The notes under the pieces were generated by a model that searched no databases, was not told the DNA's origin, and saw only the letters and a program-made list of their open reading frames with translations. The translations under genes and the position numbers were made by a program. This document shows, one piece after another, positions 1 through 11,100 of a DNA stretch of 37,988 nt. The DNA is from Nemertoderma westbladi. Lineage: Eukaryota > Animalia > Xenacoelomorpha. Numbering within the stretch: the first letter of the stretch is position 1; each line of letters opens with the position of its first letter. Location: assembly GCA_032718475.1 (NCBI GenBank), contig JAUCBJ010002691.1:1-37988 (forward strand), given 5' to 3'.

Positions 1-118
1 TATAAATAATACCATTTTTTCCAATAATTATACGCTTTTTTTTCGAAATTGCTCTGATACGGGAATCTAGAAAGTATATGTTGCAGTATATTCATAGAAT
101 TTAATGTTTATCCTATTA

Positions 119-1108
119 GTCGAGTCAATCTAGCAAAAACCCCATAAGTATTTCGCAATCAATCCGAACCACATATTTTGGATTCTATATTACCTTATTA
201 ATGACCAAAAGAAAGTCTATCAAATTTTATTTTGCGGATCATTATGTTTATTCATGGAAATTCCGCGTAAATTTGCATAACCCAAGCCAAACAAAAGGAA
301 CAGTAGGGAAAAGTAAGTAGCAAATTGGTGATGTTCCAGAATAATTTAATTAAATTCACAATAAGCTGTGATTCAATGGGAAATTAGTAATATTTACACT
401 GGCGTGTTACACATTAATTGCTATATCTCGGAAACTAGAAGGCGCATCCAATTTTTAAATATATAAAAAATTTAACGATATATTAAGGTAACCGTTGTAA
501 AAAAAATTATACAATTCCACTGCAAGGAAATTTCATAATTTCCATTAATGTTAGTGAAGATTTTTCACATAATTAAATTGTGATTACTCTATTGATTTTA
601 GGTGTAATTTATTTATTTGTTTTAGTTTGAAAATCACAATAGTTTATCATATAACGAATAAATTTTTTGGGGATAAGGGTTTTTGAGGTCGATAAATCCG
701 ATGGGCGAGGTTACATCCAACCGTTTAGTAGAGAAGTTGTGTAAATAAGGTCCTTATATTGTACCAGCAAAATTGGTATTAAAAATGGTTAAATTATTAG
801 ACAAATTTCCGTTGCTCTGGAAATTAAATTGGTGACTATATAGAGGTGCATACTTCTGTCAATCGATAGTCATGCGAGTAAAGTTTGTCTGTACCAAATT
901 TGGAGAAAATCCCACCACTAGACCCCTTGTTGCTATGTAAAATCCATGTTGCTAAGGAAAGAAACAACAAATTGAAAGTCATCCGCATAATATATTTTAT
1001 AGACTTTTTGGGGGTATTAACAAGGTAATATAGAATTTAAAAAATTGGTTTGGATGAATTGCGAATTTGTTATGGGTTGACCCCCTTTTTCGGCTAGATT
1101 GACTCGCC
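119..1108. mobile_element. Non-autonomous TIR DNA transposon / MITE (~1 kb)
   Basis: GTCGAGTCAATCTAGC (119-134) is the inverted repeat of GCTAGATTGACTCGCC (1093-1108) with 1 mismatch; TA flanks both ends; no ORF; a diverged partial copy lies at ~36940-37175. Confidence 0.7.
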
Positions 1109-1439
1109 TATATGGTACAACTAATATACCAAACTTGTTACGGTTTCCTTCACGTATAGCTAGCTATTCTATCCTAAATATTATAGATAGAAACGGCTGG
1201 ATTAAGAAACTAAAGAACTTTTTGTTGTTTTCGTTGTTCGAACTTTTCGTTCCATCATAAATTCACAATTTTAAAATCGTAGCTATATATTAAATATGGT
1301 TACACAGATTTAGTAGTCCTAACCTTATGTTAGAGACAATGAGTGTGGAAAAGAAAAAATAAAACAAGGAAATACCTTTATAGCAATTAAGAAAAAATGG
1401 AAAAGTCCGTTCGCAGGTGTTGGAGGCACAACGTTGCAT

Positions 1440-1698
1440 TTCCAGTATAGTCCCCCCCAGAAATATACTCCCCAGAGATAAATGGTACTCATTTAAAGAC
1501 CATTTAAGGTACAAAGTAGAGAACCACCATGGCTAATCCCTTTAAAGCTTCTGTGCAAAAAACGAAAAATATCCTGGCCCGCTTGCTGGGGTAGAACCCA
1601 CGACCTCCGGAGACTCCATTGCCTTGAATTAATTTCACTCCGGACCGGAGTGAAATTAATTCAAGGCAATGGAGTTAACCGCTACGCGAGGTGGGGCT
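1440..1698 (-). mobile_element. tRNA-derived SINE-like element
   Basis: The minus strand has A-box-like CGTAGCGGTTA and B-box-like GGTTCTACCC (1589-1598). It shares CATTRCCTTGAATT and a downstream AAATGG...CTCTGG block with the copy at ~25745-25935. Boundaries are approximate. Confidence 0.55.
1613..1675. repeat. Perfect 63-bp palindrome (31-bp arms, 1-nt spacer)
   Basis: ACTCCATTGCCTTGAATTAATTTCACTCCGG-A-CCGGAGTGAAATTAATTCAAGGCAATGGAGT. Confidence 0.97.
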
Positions 1699-2130
1699 TA
1701 AAATCGCTAGAAAAATTGAATAGGCGTATTAATTGTAGAGTAGTGTAATAGAAAACGATCCTTAAAAATGGCTTTAATTCACCAAATAAAACTGTAATAA
1801 TCACTTCTGCCTAATCCTTCAGCAAATTAACCTAATATAATAACCTCGGCCTGCAGCCTCGGTAATTATACAGCTTAATTTGCTTCTATTTGTTAATTAT
1901 GTTTATATCAATCAAAAACACATTGTAAAGCAAATAGATCACTTGAATTGATTGAAAACTATAATGAAAGTTTGATTTCATTAATTCCAAACATTTGGTT
2001 TAAAATTATTTAAAAATACACAGTAATAAATTAAAACTAATAAATAAAAGACTGTAAATAGAAAGCGATGTGAGTTAATTTCCGAACGTTTTATAATGTT
2101 ATTCATGCAGTTAAACTTCGTGTAAATATA

Positions 2131-3028
2131 CACCATGACCTGTAATATAGTGTCATTTTCTGATGACACGGACCCCCCCCTCCCCCCCAAATTTTTCTAC
2201 AGATACCATCATTTTGCTTGAAATTTGAAACACAACTAGTTCAACTCACCGGGGTTGTTTCCATGAAGCCGGAATTTTCGATTTCGCCTTTACATTTTTT
2301 ATAAGCGTTTTCAAAAAGTGTCTTCTGCGAAATTGCACATCTCCTATCATCGTCATTCTTCACAACAAACTTCTTCACTTCAAAGCTTGCGTTCCAAGGA
2401 TTCCAAATATGTAACAATGTTTGAATTTCGTTGAGAAACAGCTGAGATATAGGCGTTCAAAGATTGCAACAATTATTGTTCGCTGCAGGCCATTTATTCT
2501 ATTTAATAAATACACAAAATTCTAGAACGTGCTATTTATTTTATGAGTTGGTAGGCAACAGTAGTATGCCTATACAATATCTATATTGCATAGCTAATCA
2601 TACATAAACAAATTGTTCCAGAATATTGCGTATTTATTAAATATAATAAATGGCCTTCAGAGAACAATAATTCTTGCAATCTTTGAACGCGTATATCTCA
2701 GCTGTTTCCCAACGAAATTCAAACATTGTTACATATTTGGAATCCTTGGAACGCAAGCTTTTTGATGATATCTATAAAGTGAGGTTAATGTGAAGAATGG
2801 CGATGATAGGAGATGTGCAATTTCGCGAAAGACACTTTTTTAAAACGCTTATAAAAAAATGTAAAGGCAAAATCGAAAATTCCGGCTTCATGGTAACAAC
2901 GACGGTGAGTTGAACTAGTTGTGTTTCAAATTTCAAATTTGATAAAGATTTGAAGAAAAATCTGGGGGGGGGGGGGGGGGGTGGGTTCCGTGTCATCAGA
3001 AAATGACACTATATTACGGGTCATGGTG
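2131..3028. mobile_element. Fold-back MITE, Tc1/mariner-like (TA target duplication), ~900 bp
   Basis: Starts TA|CACCATGACCTGTAATATAGTGTCATTTTCTGATGACACGG and ends CCGTGTCATCAGAAAATGACACTATATTACGGGTCATGGTG|TA. The inverted arms remain alignable for about 400 bp, almost to the centre (~2570). Confidence 0.9.
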
Positions 3029-3159
3029 TATATAATATAAATTTAAACACTGTCAGTAGCGTCGGAATAACTTAGAATGTTCTACTCGTTTGAGGGTCAT
3101 CAGATACAGAGCCGTGTGCGAAGTGGACCGCAACTCAACGATACTACGAAACCATTGAC

Positions 3160-3310
3160 AAGAGTATATGTGTGCCAAGTTTGGTTAGATTTCATTGAGG
3201 TTTGATCGACTTATTAACGTTTAAATATTGGTATCTATAGATCGACACACACACACAGGTTGAATAGAGGTACGCTTATGCTAAGCTCGCTTACTTGTGT
3301 GGCTCGCCCC
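3160..3310. mobile_element. Fragment of a microsatellite-containing repeat related to 6538-6754 (opposite orientation)
   Basis: TGTGTGCCAAGTTTGGTT...CGACTTA...(AC)n...AATAGAGG aligns with the reverse complement of ~6550-6670. Confidence 0.5.
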
Positions 3311-3482
3311 TCATTCTACTTTTATGATTTTACTTGAGGAAATTCACGGGAATTTAGTATATTTTTTTTGTTGTTTAACATTTACATAGGCTCAATAAAA
3401 TAATCCTATTGACCTGTTGTAGTTTAAGCCAGTTCGTTTCAGTAGTCTGCCATTGGAGAGAACACTTCACGCACCTTTCTCG

Positions 3483-4985
3483 TCATTCATCATCTGCTGA
3501 ATCTTCATCCTCACATTGCTTCACCCGCGTTAATATCTCTTCATACGGCGCCAGTTTATCGGGAACTTTGTAGCGATTGTCGCTCTTCAATCCCTCATAA
3601 CCTCTGCTGGGAATAATCTTCCTCGTTGCCTCGGGACTTTTATAGACCGTGTCGCCCCGATTTGGATTCCGTTTCGGGGTACAACGCTCACCTCCACTGG
3701 AAGTCAAGTCGTTATGTACGGGGGATGGGGTTTCGGTTATGTAGTGATCTTCTGAAATACTCCCGTCATTAGAGGACGAAGACGATTCGGAATCTTCTGC
3801 GATATTATCAAAAACCTTTTTCTTGAAATTCTGTAAAATTCGTAGTAATTTTACCATAGCAACGATGTCGTAATTCTTTCTCTGACTTTCCAATGTATTT
3901 TTAATGTGGTCTCTGAGAAGACAACACACGTTTTCTTCTTTCACACTTTCTAGCGAATATTGGTCGCAGTTGTTATGTTCTCGCAGGTGTTCTCGAAAAA
4001 TGCCAATCACCACGTTGCACATAATGTGACGAATACTTTTGCTGCGTGCATCTCTTCCAACAGGTAGGACATTCCTCTTTATTAAGTTTTTCAGGGTCGT
4101 TATTCGTAATTCTTCTGTACATTGAATATCGTGCTCTTCTGCATCTCCGTATAAGTCGTCATGACCGAATCCGAAAGCTTCGATCCAGTTAACAGCAGCC
4201 AGAAGCAAATTAGGAATGTTTGTACCAGGTCTTGTGTACATCGTTGCCAAATCAAACTTATACTCCGTGTTCACCCGTGGGTACTTCTTATTTTCCCGTT
4301 GCTCTCCAATAGTCCTGAGAGAAAATGGGCGTTTTATTTGTTTGAAGAATTTCCACTCAGCCATAGGTCGACTTCGGATTAATTTGGCAAAGCGATTCGC
4401 ATCGATATCGTTCTGAATGTAAAGCACAAATTCCACATGTAAGTTATCCGCAACGCGATCTTCAACAAAAATTTTCCACTTTTTTTGGATATGTTGAAAA
4501 CCTATTCCATTAAATTTGATGAGTGGATACACCAGTTTTCCTTGGCTCGATAACAATTTTAGACCAATACAGTTTATTCGGTGACCCGTATAAATAAGCA
4601 CCTTGCACCAGAAATAATCTTGTTGCACTTTTTGCTTTGTATAATCGAGTAGAGATAGTTTAATTGCAGCATTAATTGCCGCATTTTTAATTGGAGCATT
4701 AATTCCTCCATTTTTAATTGGAGCATTAATTCCTCCATTTTTAATTGCAGCATTAATTCCCCCATCTACACTTACGATTTGAGGTTTACCCAGATATCGA
4801 TTTTTTTCCCACCGTGGTATCGCATAGAGTGCACAGTGGCCAGCCTTATAATTTTTTATGAAGTCTTCTAAAGTGCGAGCAGGGAATGCGCCATTGGGTC
4901 CCAATCCAGAATCCTTTTGTTCCAGATCCACTGATTCAGTTAAACAGCCAATTAAGCCGCCGATACAATTTCCACACGTTCCCAT
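3483..4985 (-). CDS. Intronless 500-aa ORF; divergent RhoGAP-like domain in the C-terminal half; nested antisense in a PASK intron
   Basis: 1.5-kb uninterrupted ORF in AT-rich DNA. IPNLLLAAVNWIEAFGFGHDDLYG resembles the RhoGAP N-terminal signature (IPxxLxxxIxxIExxGLxxEGLYR). N-terminus is MGTCGNC; C-terminal tail is Ser-rich and acidic. The domain call is by eye only. Confidence 0.65.
   Translation of the reverse strand: MGTCGNCIGGLIGCLTESVDLEQKDSGLGPNGAFPARTLEDFIKNYKAGHCALYAIPRWEKNRYLGKPQIVSVDGGINAAIKNGGINAPIKNGGINAPIKNAAINAAIKLSLLDYTKQKVQQDYFWCKVLIYTGHRINCIGLKLLSSQGKLVYPLIKFNGIGFQHIQKKWKIFVEDRVADNLHVEFVLYIQNDIDANRFAKLIRSRPMAEWKFFKQIKRPFSLRTIGEQRENKKYPRVNTEYKFDLATMYTRPGTNIPNLLLAAVNWIEAFGFGHDDLYGDAEEHDIQCTEELRITTLKNLIKRNVLPVGRDARSKSIRHIMCNVVIGIFREHLREHNNCDQYSLESVKEENVCCLLRDHIKNTLESQRKNYDIVAMVKLLRILQNFKKKVFDNIAEDSESSSSSNDGSISEDHYITETPSPVHNDLTSSGGERCTPKRNPNRGDTVYKSPEATRKIIPSRGYEGLKSDNRYKVPDKLAPYEEILTRVKQCEDEDSADDE
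4659..4766 (-). repeat. 27-bp coding tandem repeat x4 (GGINAxIKN)
   Basis: Four near-identical TTTAATTGSAGCATTAATTSCNSCATT units that preserve the reading frame. Confidence 0.92.
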
Positions 4986-5095
4986 TTCGACAACTAATTA
5001 ATTATGGAACAGTATTATATCCAGTAAGGTATAGAAAGGTTGGGGGGTTTACTGTTGTTAGGTTTCAGATGATTTACAAATCAAACCGGATAAGC

Positions 5096-5155
5096 TAACA
5101 TTGTTAATAAGTTAATAATATTGTTAATAAGTTAATAACATTGTTAATAAGTTAA
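5096..5155. repeat. 20-bp tandem repeat x3
   Basis: TAAYATTGTTAATAAGTTAA repeated three times. Confidence 0.9.
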
Positions 5156-5518
5156 GTTACATTATTTCTATATTTTTTTTCTTCACAAGGGAAAAATCTT
5201 AAAAATTAGCATATTGGTAGCTACAGTTTCTAGAAACCCTTATGATTACTGTTAGTTGCTATGTAACTAAATATTATTTTCTATTTTTTATCATTTGTTT
5301 ATAGTGTGTACCTATTGACATGTTTTTTTTTAATTTTGTTACAATATTGATTAGTCTCAAGCCGTTCTAGAACTACACACTTGTAATTCTAGAACGCCTT
5401 GATTAGTCTCCATTATATTATGTGTTCGTTTGTAGCGGTAGCTAATGGTTATGAATGGATGGAGCGTTAAATTGTTTAGAAAACCACAAGTATATTTTTT
5501 TTACCATTTTGCTTGTAG

Positions 5519-6279
5519 GATGTCCGCCATCAACGAGTAACAGGCCTCACTAAGGACAATGTGACCTTCCCTGCTAGTGTCCAACTACATCAAACGACCT
5601 CCCGCGCAACTGGGAATGACGCCCGCAGTTACGGTTGTCTTACGGAACCGGTCCCTGACTCCCCGCCCCCGGATATTGTAACGTGCCACTGTAGCCCGCC
5701 GCAGAGTGCCACCCCACTCTCACCCCCGTTACATCCCAGCCAACCAACCCCCTCACCCAAACAACCCGACCAATATTCAACCCCTTCGCCAAAACCTCCT
5801 CACCCTCAATCTGACTACATAGCTCGACTATGGGTCTTCCATAACATCAGTGGAATGGTAGCACTGCTACCAAATGGTCGCATACATTGTTGCAACCACC
5901 ACTTCGCTCTAATGCTCTTTGGCTATTCACAAACCCAACTTATCGGCCAGCCAATCACTATTCTAATTCCAAATTTTTACGCCCACGTATCCGGCCGCCA
6001 TACACTCATAGTTCCGGATATAGTTACTACCACACCACCTACCGGCTCCAAGAGGAATAACACAGTGCCTTACGCGTGTGGCGAGAGCCCGCCGTGTGGC
6101 GTTGTCACCAACTCAGAGTCGTCGCATTCGACCTGGAGTAAAGATACCGGCAAGGGATCATCTACCGCCAGCACCGAGGATATCGATGAGTCGTTATCGT
6201 TACGCGTTCTAGAAGGTGGATGTTTACATGTAGGGGATGGAGACAATGTCAGGACATATATACAGCATCATAGTAACAG
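5519..6279 (+). CDS. PASK: PAS kinase internal exon A (end of a PAS repeat, Pro-rich linker, first half of the split PAS-C region)
   Basis: Acceptor ttgtag|GAT, donor CAG|gtatgt. Encodes QRVTGLTKDNVTFPASV and LWVFHNISGMVALLPNGRIHCCNHHFALMLFGYSQTQLIGQPITILIPNFY, a PASK signature. Phase 0 to 2. Confidence 0.9.
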
Positions 6280-6537
6280 GTATGTGGGGACTTATTCAGT
6301 ATCATAATACCTGATAGAGTAAGGACTCCCCAATCATCGGAAAGGGGTTGGAGTTTCAAGGGTTTTTGATAGAAAAGCTCCTTTTATAAGGGTTTCTGAT
6401 ATAATGGTATGGTTGACTCGTGGAATGAATTAGGATCCCATTAAAACCGGATTGAATACCGTTTCTATTATTTAGAGGGATTAATAGTGGAGAAAGATAC
6501 CGCTTTTACAATATGGTTGCACATATCATATTTAATC

Positions 6538-6754
6538 ACTGGAGCTCTGCTCGAGTACCTGCCTCTATTATTAGTTTGTTTGTTTGTGTGTGTGTGGCAG
6601 GAATGTTTGAAGGCTAGTAAGTCGCTCAATCATGGATGAAATGGAACCAAACTTGGTACACATGTGTCTACCAAAAGTTTAGAAATTCTACACACAGACA
6701 GACTTTTACAATTCCTCTGTCTGCCGCTAGGGGGCCAATTGTCAGAGCTCCAGT
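6538..6754. mobile_element. 217-bp element with 12-bp inverted repeats and an internal microsatellite (MITE or Helentron/HINE-like)
   Basis: ACTGGAGCTCTG (6538-6549) pairs with CAGAGCTCCAGT (6743-6754); internal (GTTT)n(GT)n tract; related copy at ~3160-3310. Confidence 0.65.
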
Positions 6755-6882
6755 TCATCGTGTTTAGCACGGTTTAATTAATGTAATGTATGAGAAAGTT
6801 AAAGAAAATTATTTTTCTAGATATAAGTTCAGTTCAGCAGCAAGGTTAGTTCAAGGTAAATATACATATTGTTTTTGTATAG

Positions 6883-7469
6883 TTGTGATGGAGACGGAGT
6901 CCTACTTGATCATATTGATAAAGATTTCGACCAATCACCGACTAGTTGCTTCCCCAGTTCGAGTAGCATATCGGGGACTCATCAATCCCTGAGTCCCAAC
7001 TCTCCGATACCCAGGCAGTGTAGACTGTCGCTGCCGACTCAACGCAGTTTGGATATACCGTCTAGCAGAAGAGCGACCAATCACAAGCGAGCGGGAAAGC
7101 TGCCGGCCCAACGAAGTCTAGAGATCCCTGGGACGGTAAGCCAGCAGATACCGCGATGTCATTCCTTGGCCACCCCATCGCAGGCCTGCCGCTCCCCGCC
7201 CCAGTCCCTCTCCACCCCATCGCAGGCCCGCCGCTCCCCGCCCCAGTCCCTCTATATGAACGCAAATAATTCCGCTCAATCCGACATGCGGTTGAGCGAG
7301 GTCAACCTGCGTCTGCGACAACAGTGCAGTCTCGATGAGTCTAAACTCTCCGTTCAGTATTGGGTGAGCGGTGATGCTAAGTCTGACCGAGCCAACTCTC
7401 CAACCACTGCCAACATTATGGAGGGGAGTTTCCAAGGTCACTGCAAGCATAAGGATGGATCTATTATCG
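6883..7469 (+). CDS. PASK: PAS kinase internal exon B (disordered linker; EGSFQGHCKHKDGS)
   Basis: Acceptor gtatag|T (phase 2, matching exon A), donor G|gtaagt. Ends in the PASK-like EGxFxGxCxHKDGS motif. Contains a 42-bp in-frame duplication (~7170-7252). Confidence 0.88.
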
Positions 7470-7971
7470 GTAAGTTAGCTCCTATGGTGGGGTTCTTTAC
7501 GGGACAACAATGTCTGTTTATAGATCCTTTCCTTCCTGTATTATAGTTACTCCAATAAATAAAATACAACCGTCTAATAACAACAAATAATAACAAACTC
7601 ATGAAGTAAGTAATCTTCAGGTAAAAATATTACAATATATTCTGTTTGCTTTGACATCATTTCTACGCTCGTTTATTTAAACGACTCGCACGTACAGTAC
7701 AAGAAATTAAGTACAGTAAGGTACAGTATGCTGAAATTCTTCACTTAAATAAATAGTTGGATTATTTGTTTAGCAATTAATAAAACTATTAATTGTGATG
7801 GTACTGTAATTAATTGGTAATTCCGAACCTGCCGCAGACATCACAGCGGTATCGGGTATATTCAACATATTTATCATCTAGATCTACGTCAAAACTAACG
7901 AATTGAGTAAAAATTTCATGTTCCGAAGAATCATAATATTGTATTGTTGTACCTTATCTCGAATATTTTAG

Positions 7972-8162
7972 GCATTCTCTTCCAAATCAAGCACATTCCA
8001 CTTGACGACGGCACCACGCTGTGCTGTTGCTGGATATCGAGAGACGCGGACTCTCTGACAGACAACATTCCAAGTGGCCTATCATCTCGTACCGGTACAC
8101 GTACTCCAGGGGGAATCAGTACCTCGGAATGTGTGACCCCCTGTTCGCCTGTCCGGAACGTG
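7972..8162 (+). CDS. PASK: PAS kinase internal exon C (ILFQIKHIPLDDGTTLCCCWISRD)
   Basis: Acceptor ttttag|GC (phase 1), donor GTG|gtgagt (phase 0, matching the exon at 18455). Completes the PAS-C terminal strands. Confidence 0.88.
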
Positions 8163-11100
8163 GTGAGTTTATTGGCTGAGTTCGGGTAACTTGGTGAGTT
8201 TATTGGCTGACTGGGTTCGGGGAACGTGGTGAGTTTATTGGCTGACTGGGTTCGTCGAACTTGGTGAGTTTATTGGCCGGGTTTGGGGAACGTGGTGAGT
8301 ATATTGGCTGAGTTCGGGGGAACTTGGTGTGTATATTGGCTGACTGGGTTTGGGGAACTTGGTGAGTTTATTGGCTGGTTGGGGTCGGGGAACTTGGTGA
8401 GTTTATTGGCTGGTTGGGGTCGGGGAACTTGGTGAGTTTATTGGCTGGTTGGGGTCGGGGAACTTGGTGAGTTTATTGGCTGGTTGGGGTCGGGGAACTT
8501 GGTGAGTTTATTGGCTGACTGGGTTCGTCGAACTTGTTGAGTTTATTGGCCGGGTTTGGGGAACGTGGTGAGTTTATTGGCTGAGTTCGGGGGAACTTGG
8601 TGAGTATATTGGCTGACTGGATTTGGGGAACTTGGTGAGTTTATTGGTGAGTTCGGGGAGCTTGGTGAGTTTATTTGCTGAGTTCGGGGAAAGTGGTGAG
8701 TTTATTGGCTGACTGGGTTCGTCGAACTTGGTGAGTTTATTGGCCGGGTTCGGGTAACTTGGTGAGTTTATTGGCTGACTGGGTTCGGGGAACTCAGTGA
8801 GTTTATTGGCTGACTGGGTTCGGGGCATGTGGTGAGTTTATTGACTGAGTTCGGGGAACTTGGTGAGTTTATTTGCTGGGTTCGGGGAACTTGGTGAGTT
8901 TATTTGCTGGGTTCGGGGAACTTGGTGAGTTTATTTGCTGGGTTCGGGGAACTTGGTGAGTTTATTTGCTGGGTTCGGGGAACTTTGTGTGTTTATTGGC
9001 TGACTGGGTTCGGGGAACTTGGTGAGTTTATTGGCCGTGTTCGGGGAACTTGGTGAGTTTATTTGCTGTGTTCGGGGAACTTGGTGAGTTTATTGGCTGA
9101 GTGGGTTCGGGGAACTTGGTGAGTTTATTTGCTCGGTTCGGGGAACTTGGTGAGTTAATTGGCTGACTGGGTTCGGGGAACTTGGTGAGTTTATTGGCCG
9201 GGTTCGGGGAACTTGGTGAGTTAAATTGGCTGACTGGGTTCGGGGAACTCGGTGGGTTTATTGGCTGAGTTCGTGGAACTTTGTGAGTTTATTTGCTGGG
9301 TTCGGGGAACTTGGCGAGTATATTGGCTGAGTGGGTTCGGGGAACTTGGTGAGTTTATTTGTTGGGTTCGGGGAACTTGGTGAGTTTATTGGCCGGGTTT
9401 GGGGAACGTGGTGAGTTTATTGGCCGGGTTCGGGGAACTTGGTGAGTTAATTGGCTGACTGGGTTCGGGGAACTTGGTGAGTTTATTGGCTGAATTCGGG
9501 GATCTTTGTGAGTTTATTTGCTGGGTTCGGGGGACTTGGTGAGTTTATTGGCTGACTGGGTTCGTGGAACTTGGTGAGTTTATTTGCTGCGTTCGTGGAG
9601 CTTGGTGAGTTTATTTGCTGGGTTCGGGGAACTTGGTAAGTTTATTTGTTGGGTTCGGGGAACTTGGTGAGTTTATTTGCTGGGTTCGACGAACTTGTTG
9701 AGTTTATTGGCTGACTGGGTTCGGGGAACTTAGGGAGTCTATTGATTGGGTTCGGGGAACTCGGTGAGTTTATTGGCTGAGTTCGGGGAACTTGGTGAGT
9801 TTATTGGCCGGGTTCGGGGAACTTGGTGAGTTTATTGGCTGACTGAGTTCGGGGAACTTGGTGAGTTTATTGGCTGACTGGGTTCGGGGAACTCGGTGAG
9901 TTTATTGGCTGAGTTCGGGGAACTTGGTGAGTTTATTGGCCGGGTTCGGGGAACTTGGTGAGTTTATTGGCTGAGTTCGGGGAACTTGGTGAGTTTATTG
10001 GCCGGGTTCGGGGAACTTGGTGAGTTTATTGGCCGGGTTCGGGGAACTTGGTGAGTTTATTGGCCGGGTTCGGGGAACTTGGTGAGTTTATTGGCCGGGT
10101 TCGGGGAACTTGGTGAGTTTATTGGCCGGGTTCGGGGAACTTGGTGAGTTTATTGGCCGGGTTCGGGGAACTTGGTGAGTTTATTGGCTGACTGGGTTCG
10201 GGGAACTCGGTGAGTTTATTGGCTGAGTTCGGGGAACTTGGTGAGTTTATTGGCCGGGTTCGGGGAACTTGGTGAGTTTATTGGCTGAGTTCGGGGAACT
10301 TGGTGAGTTTATTGGCCGGGTTCGGGGAACTTGGTGAGTTTATTGGCCGGGTTCGGGGAACTTGGTGAGTTAATTGGCTGACTGGGTTCGGGGAACTTTG
10401 TGAGTTTATTTGCTGGGTTCGGGGAACTTGGTGAGTTTATTGGCTGAGTGGGTTCGGGGAACTCGGTGGGTTTATTGGCTGAGTTCGTGGAACTTGGTGA
10501 GTTTATTTGCTGGGTTCGGGGAACTTGGTAAGTTTATTTGTTGGGTTCGGGGAACTTGGTGAGTTTATTTGCTGGGTTCGACGAACTTGTTGAGTTTATT
10601 GGCTGACTGGGTTCGGGGAACTTGGTGAGTTTATTTGCTGCGTTCGTGGAGCTTGGTGAGTTTATTTGCTGGGTTCGGGGAACTTGGTAAGTTTATTTGT
10701 TGGGTTCGGGGAACTTGGTGAGTTTATTTGCTGGGTTCGACGAACTTGTTGAGTTTATTGGCTGACTGGGTTCGGGGAACTTAGGGAGTCTATTGATTGG
10801 GTTCGGGGAACTCGGTGAGTTTATTGGCTGAGTTCGGGGAACTTGGTGAGTTTATTGGCCGGGTTCGGGGAACTTGGTGAGTTAAATTGGCTGACTGGGT
10901 TCGGGGAACTCGGTGGGTTTATTGGCTGAGTTCGGGGAACTTGGTGAGTTTATTGGCCGGGTTCGGGGAACTTGGTGAGTTAAATTGGCTGACTGGGTTC
11001 GGGGAACTCGGTGGGTTTATTGGCTGACTGGGTTCGGGGAACTCGGTGAGTTTATTGGCTGAGTTCGGGGAACTTGGTGAGTTTATTGGCCGGGTTCGGG

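Noticed and set aside
1981-2996. Short ORFs 1981-2190 and 2772-2996
   Set aside because: They overlap or lie in the MITE arms and homopolymer runs, with no coding features.
6721-6737. CTCF-like motif CTGCCGCTAGGGGGCC
   Set aside because: A single short match inside a repeat element; the organism, and whether it has CTCF, is unknown.
7170-7252. 42-bp duplication in PASK exon B as the source of the 42-bp minisatellite
   Set aside because: Same period, but the similarity is no more than shared C-richness.
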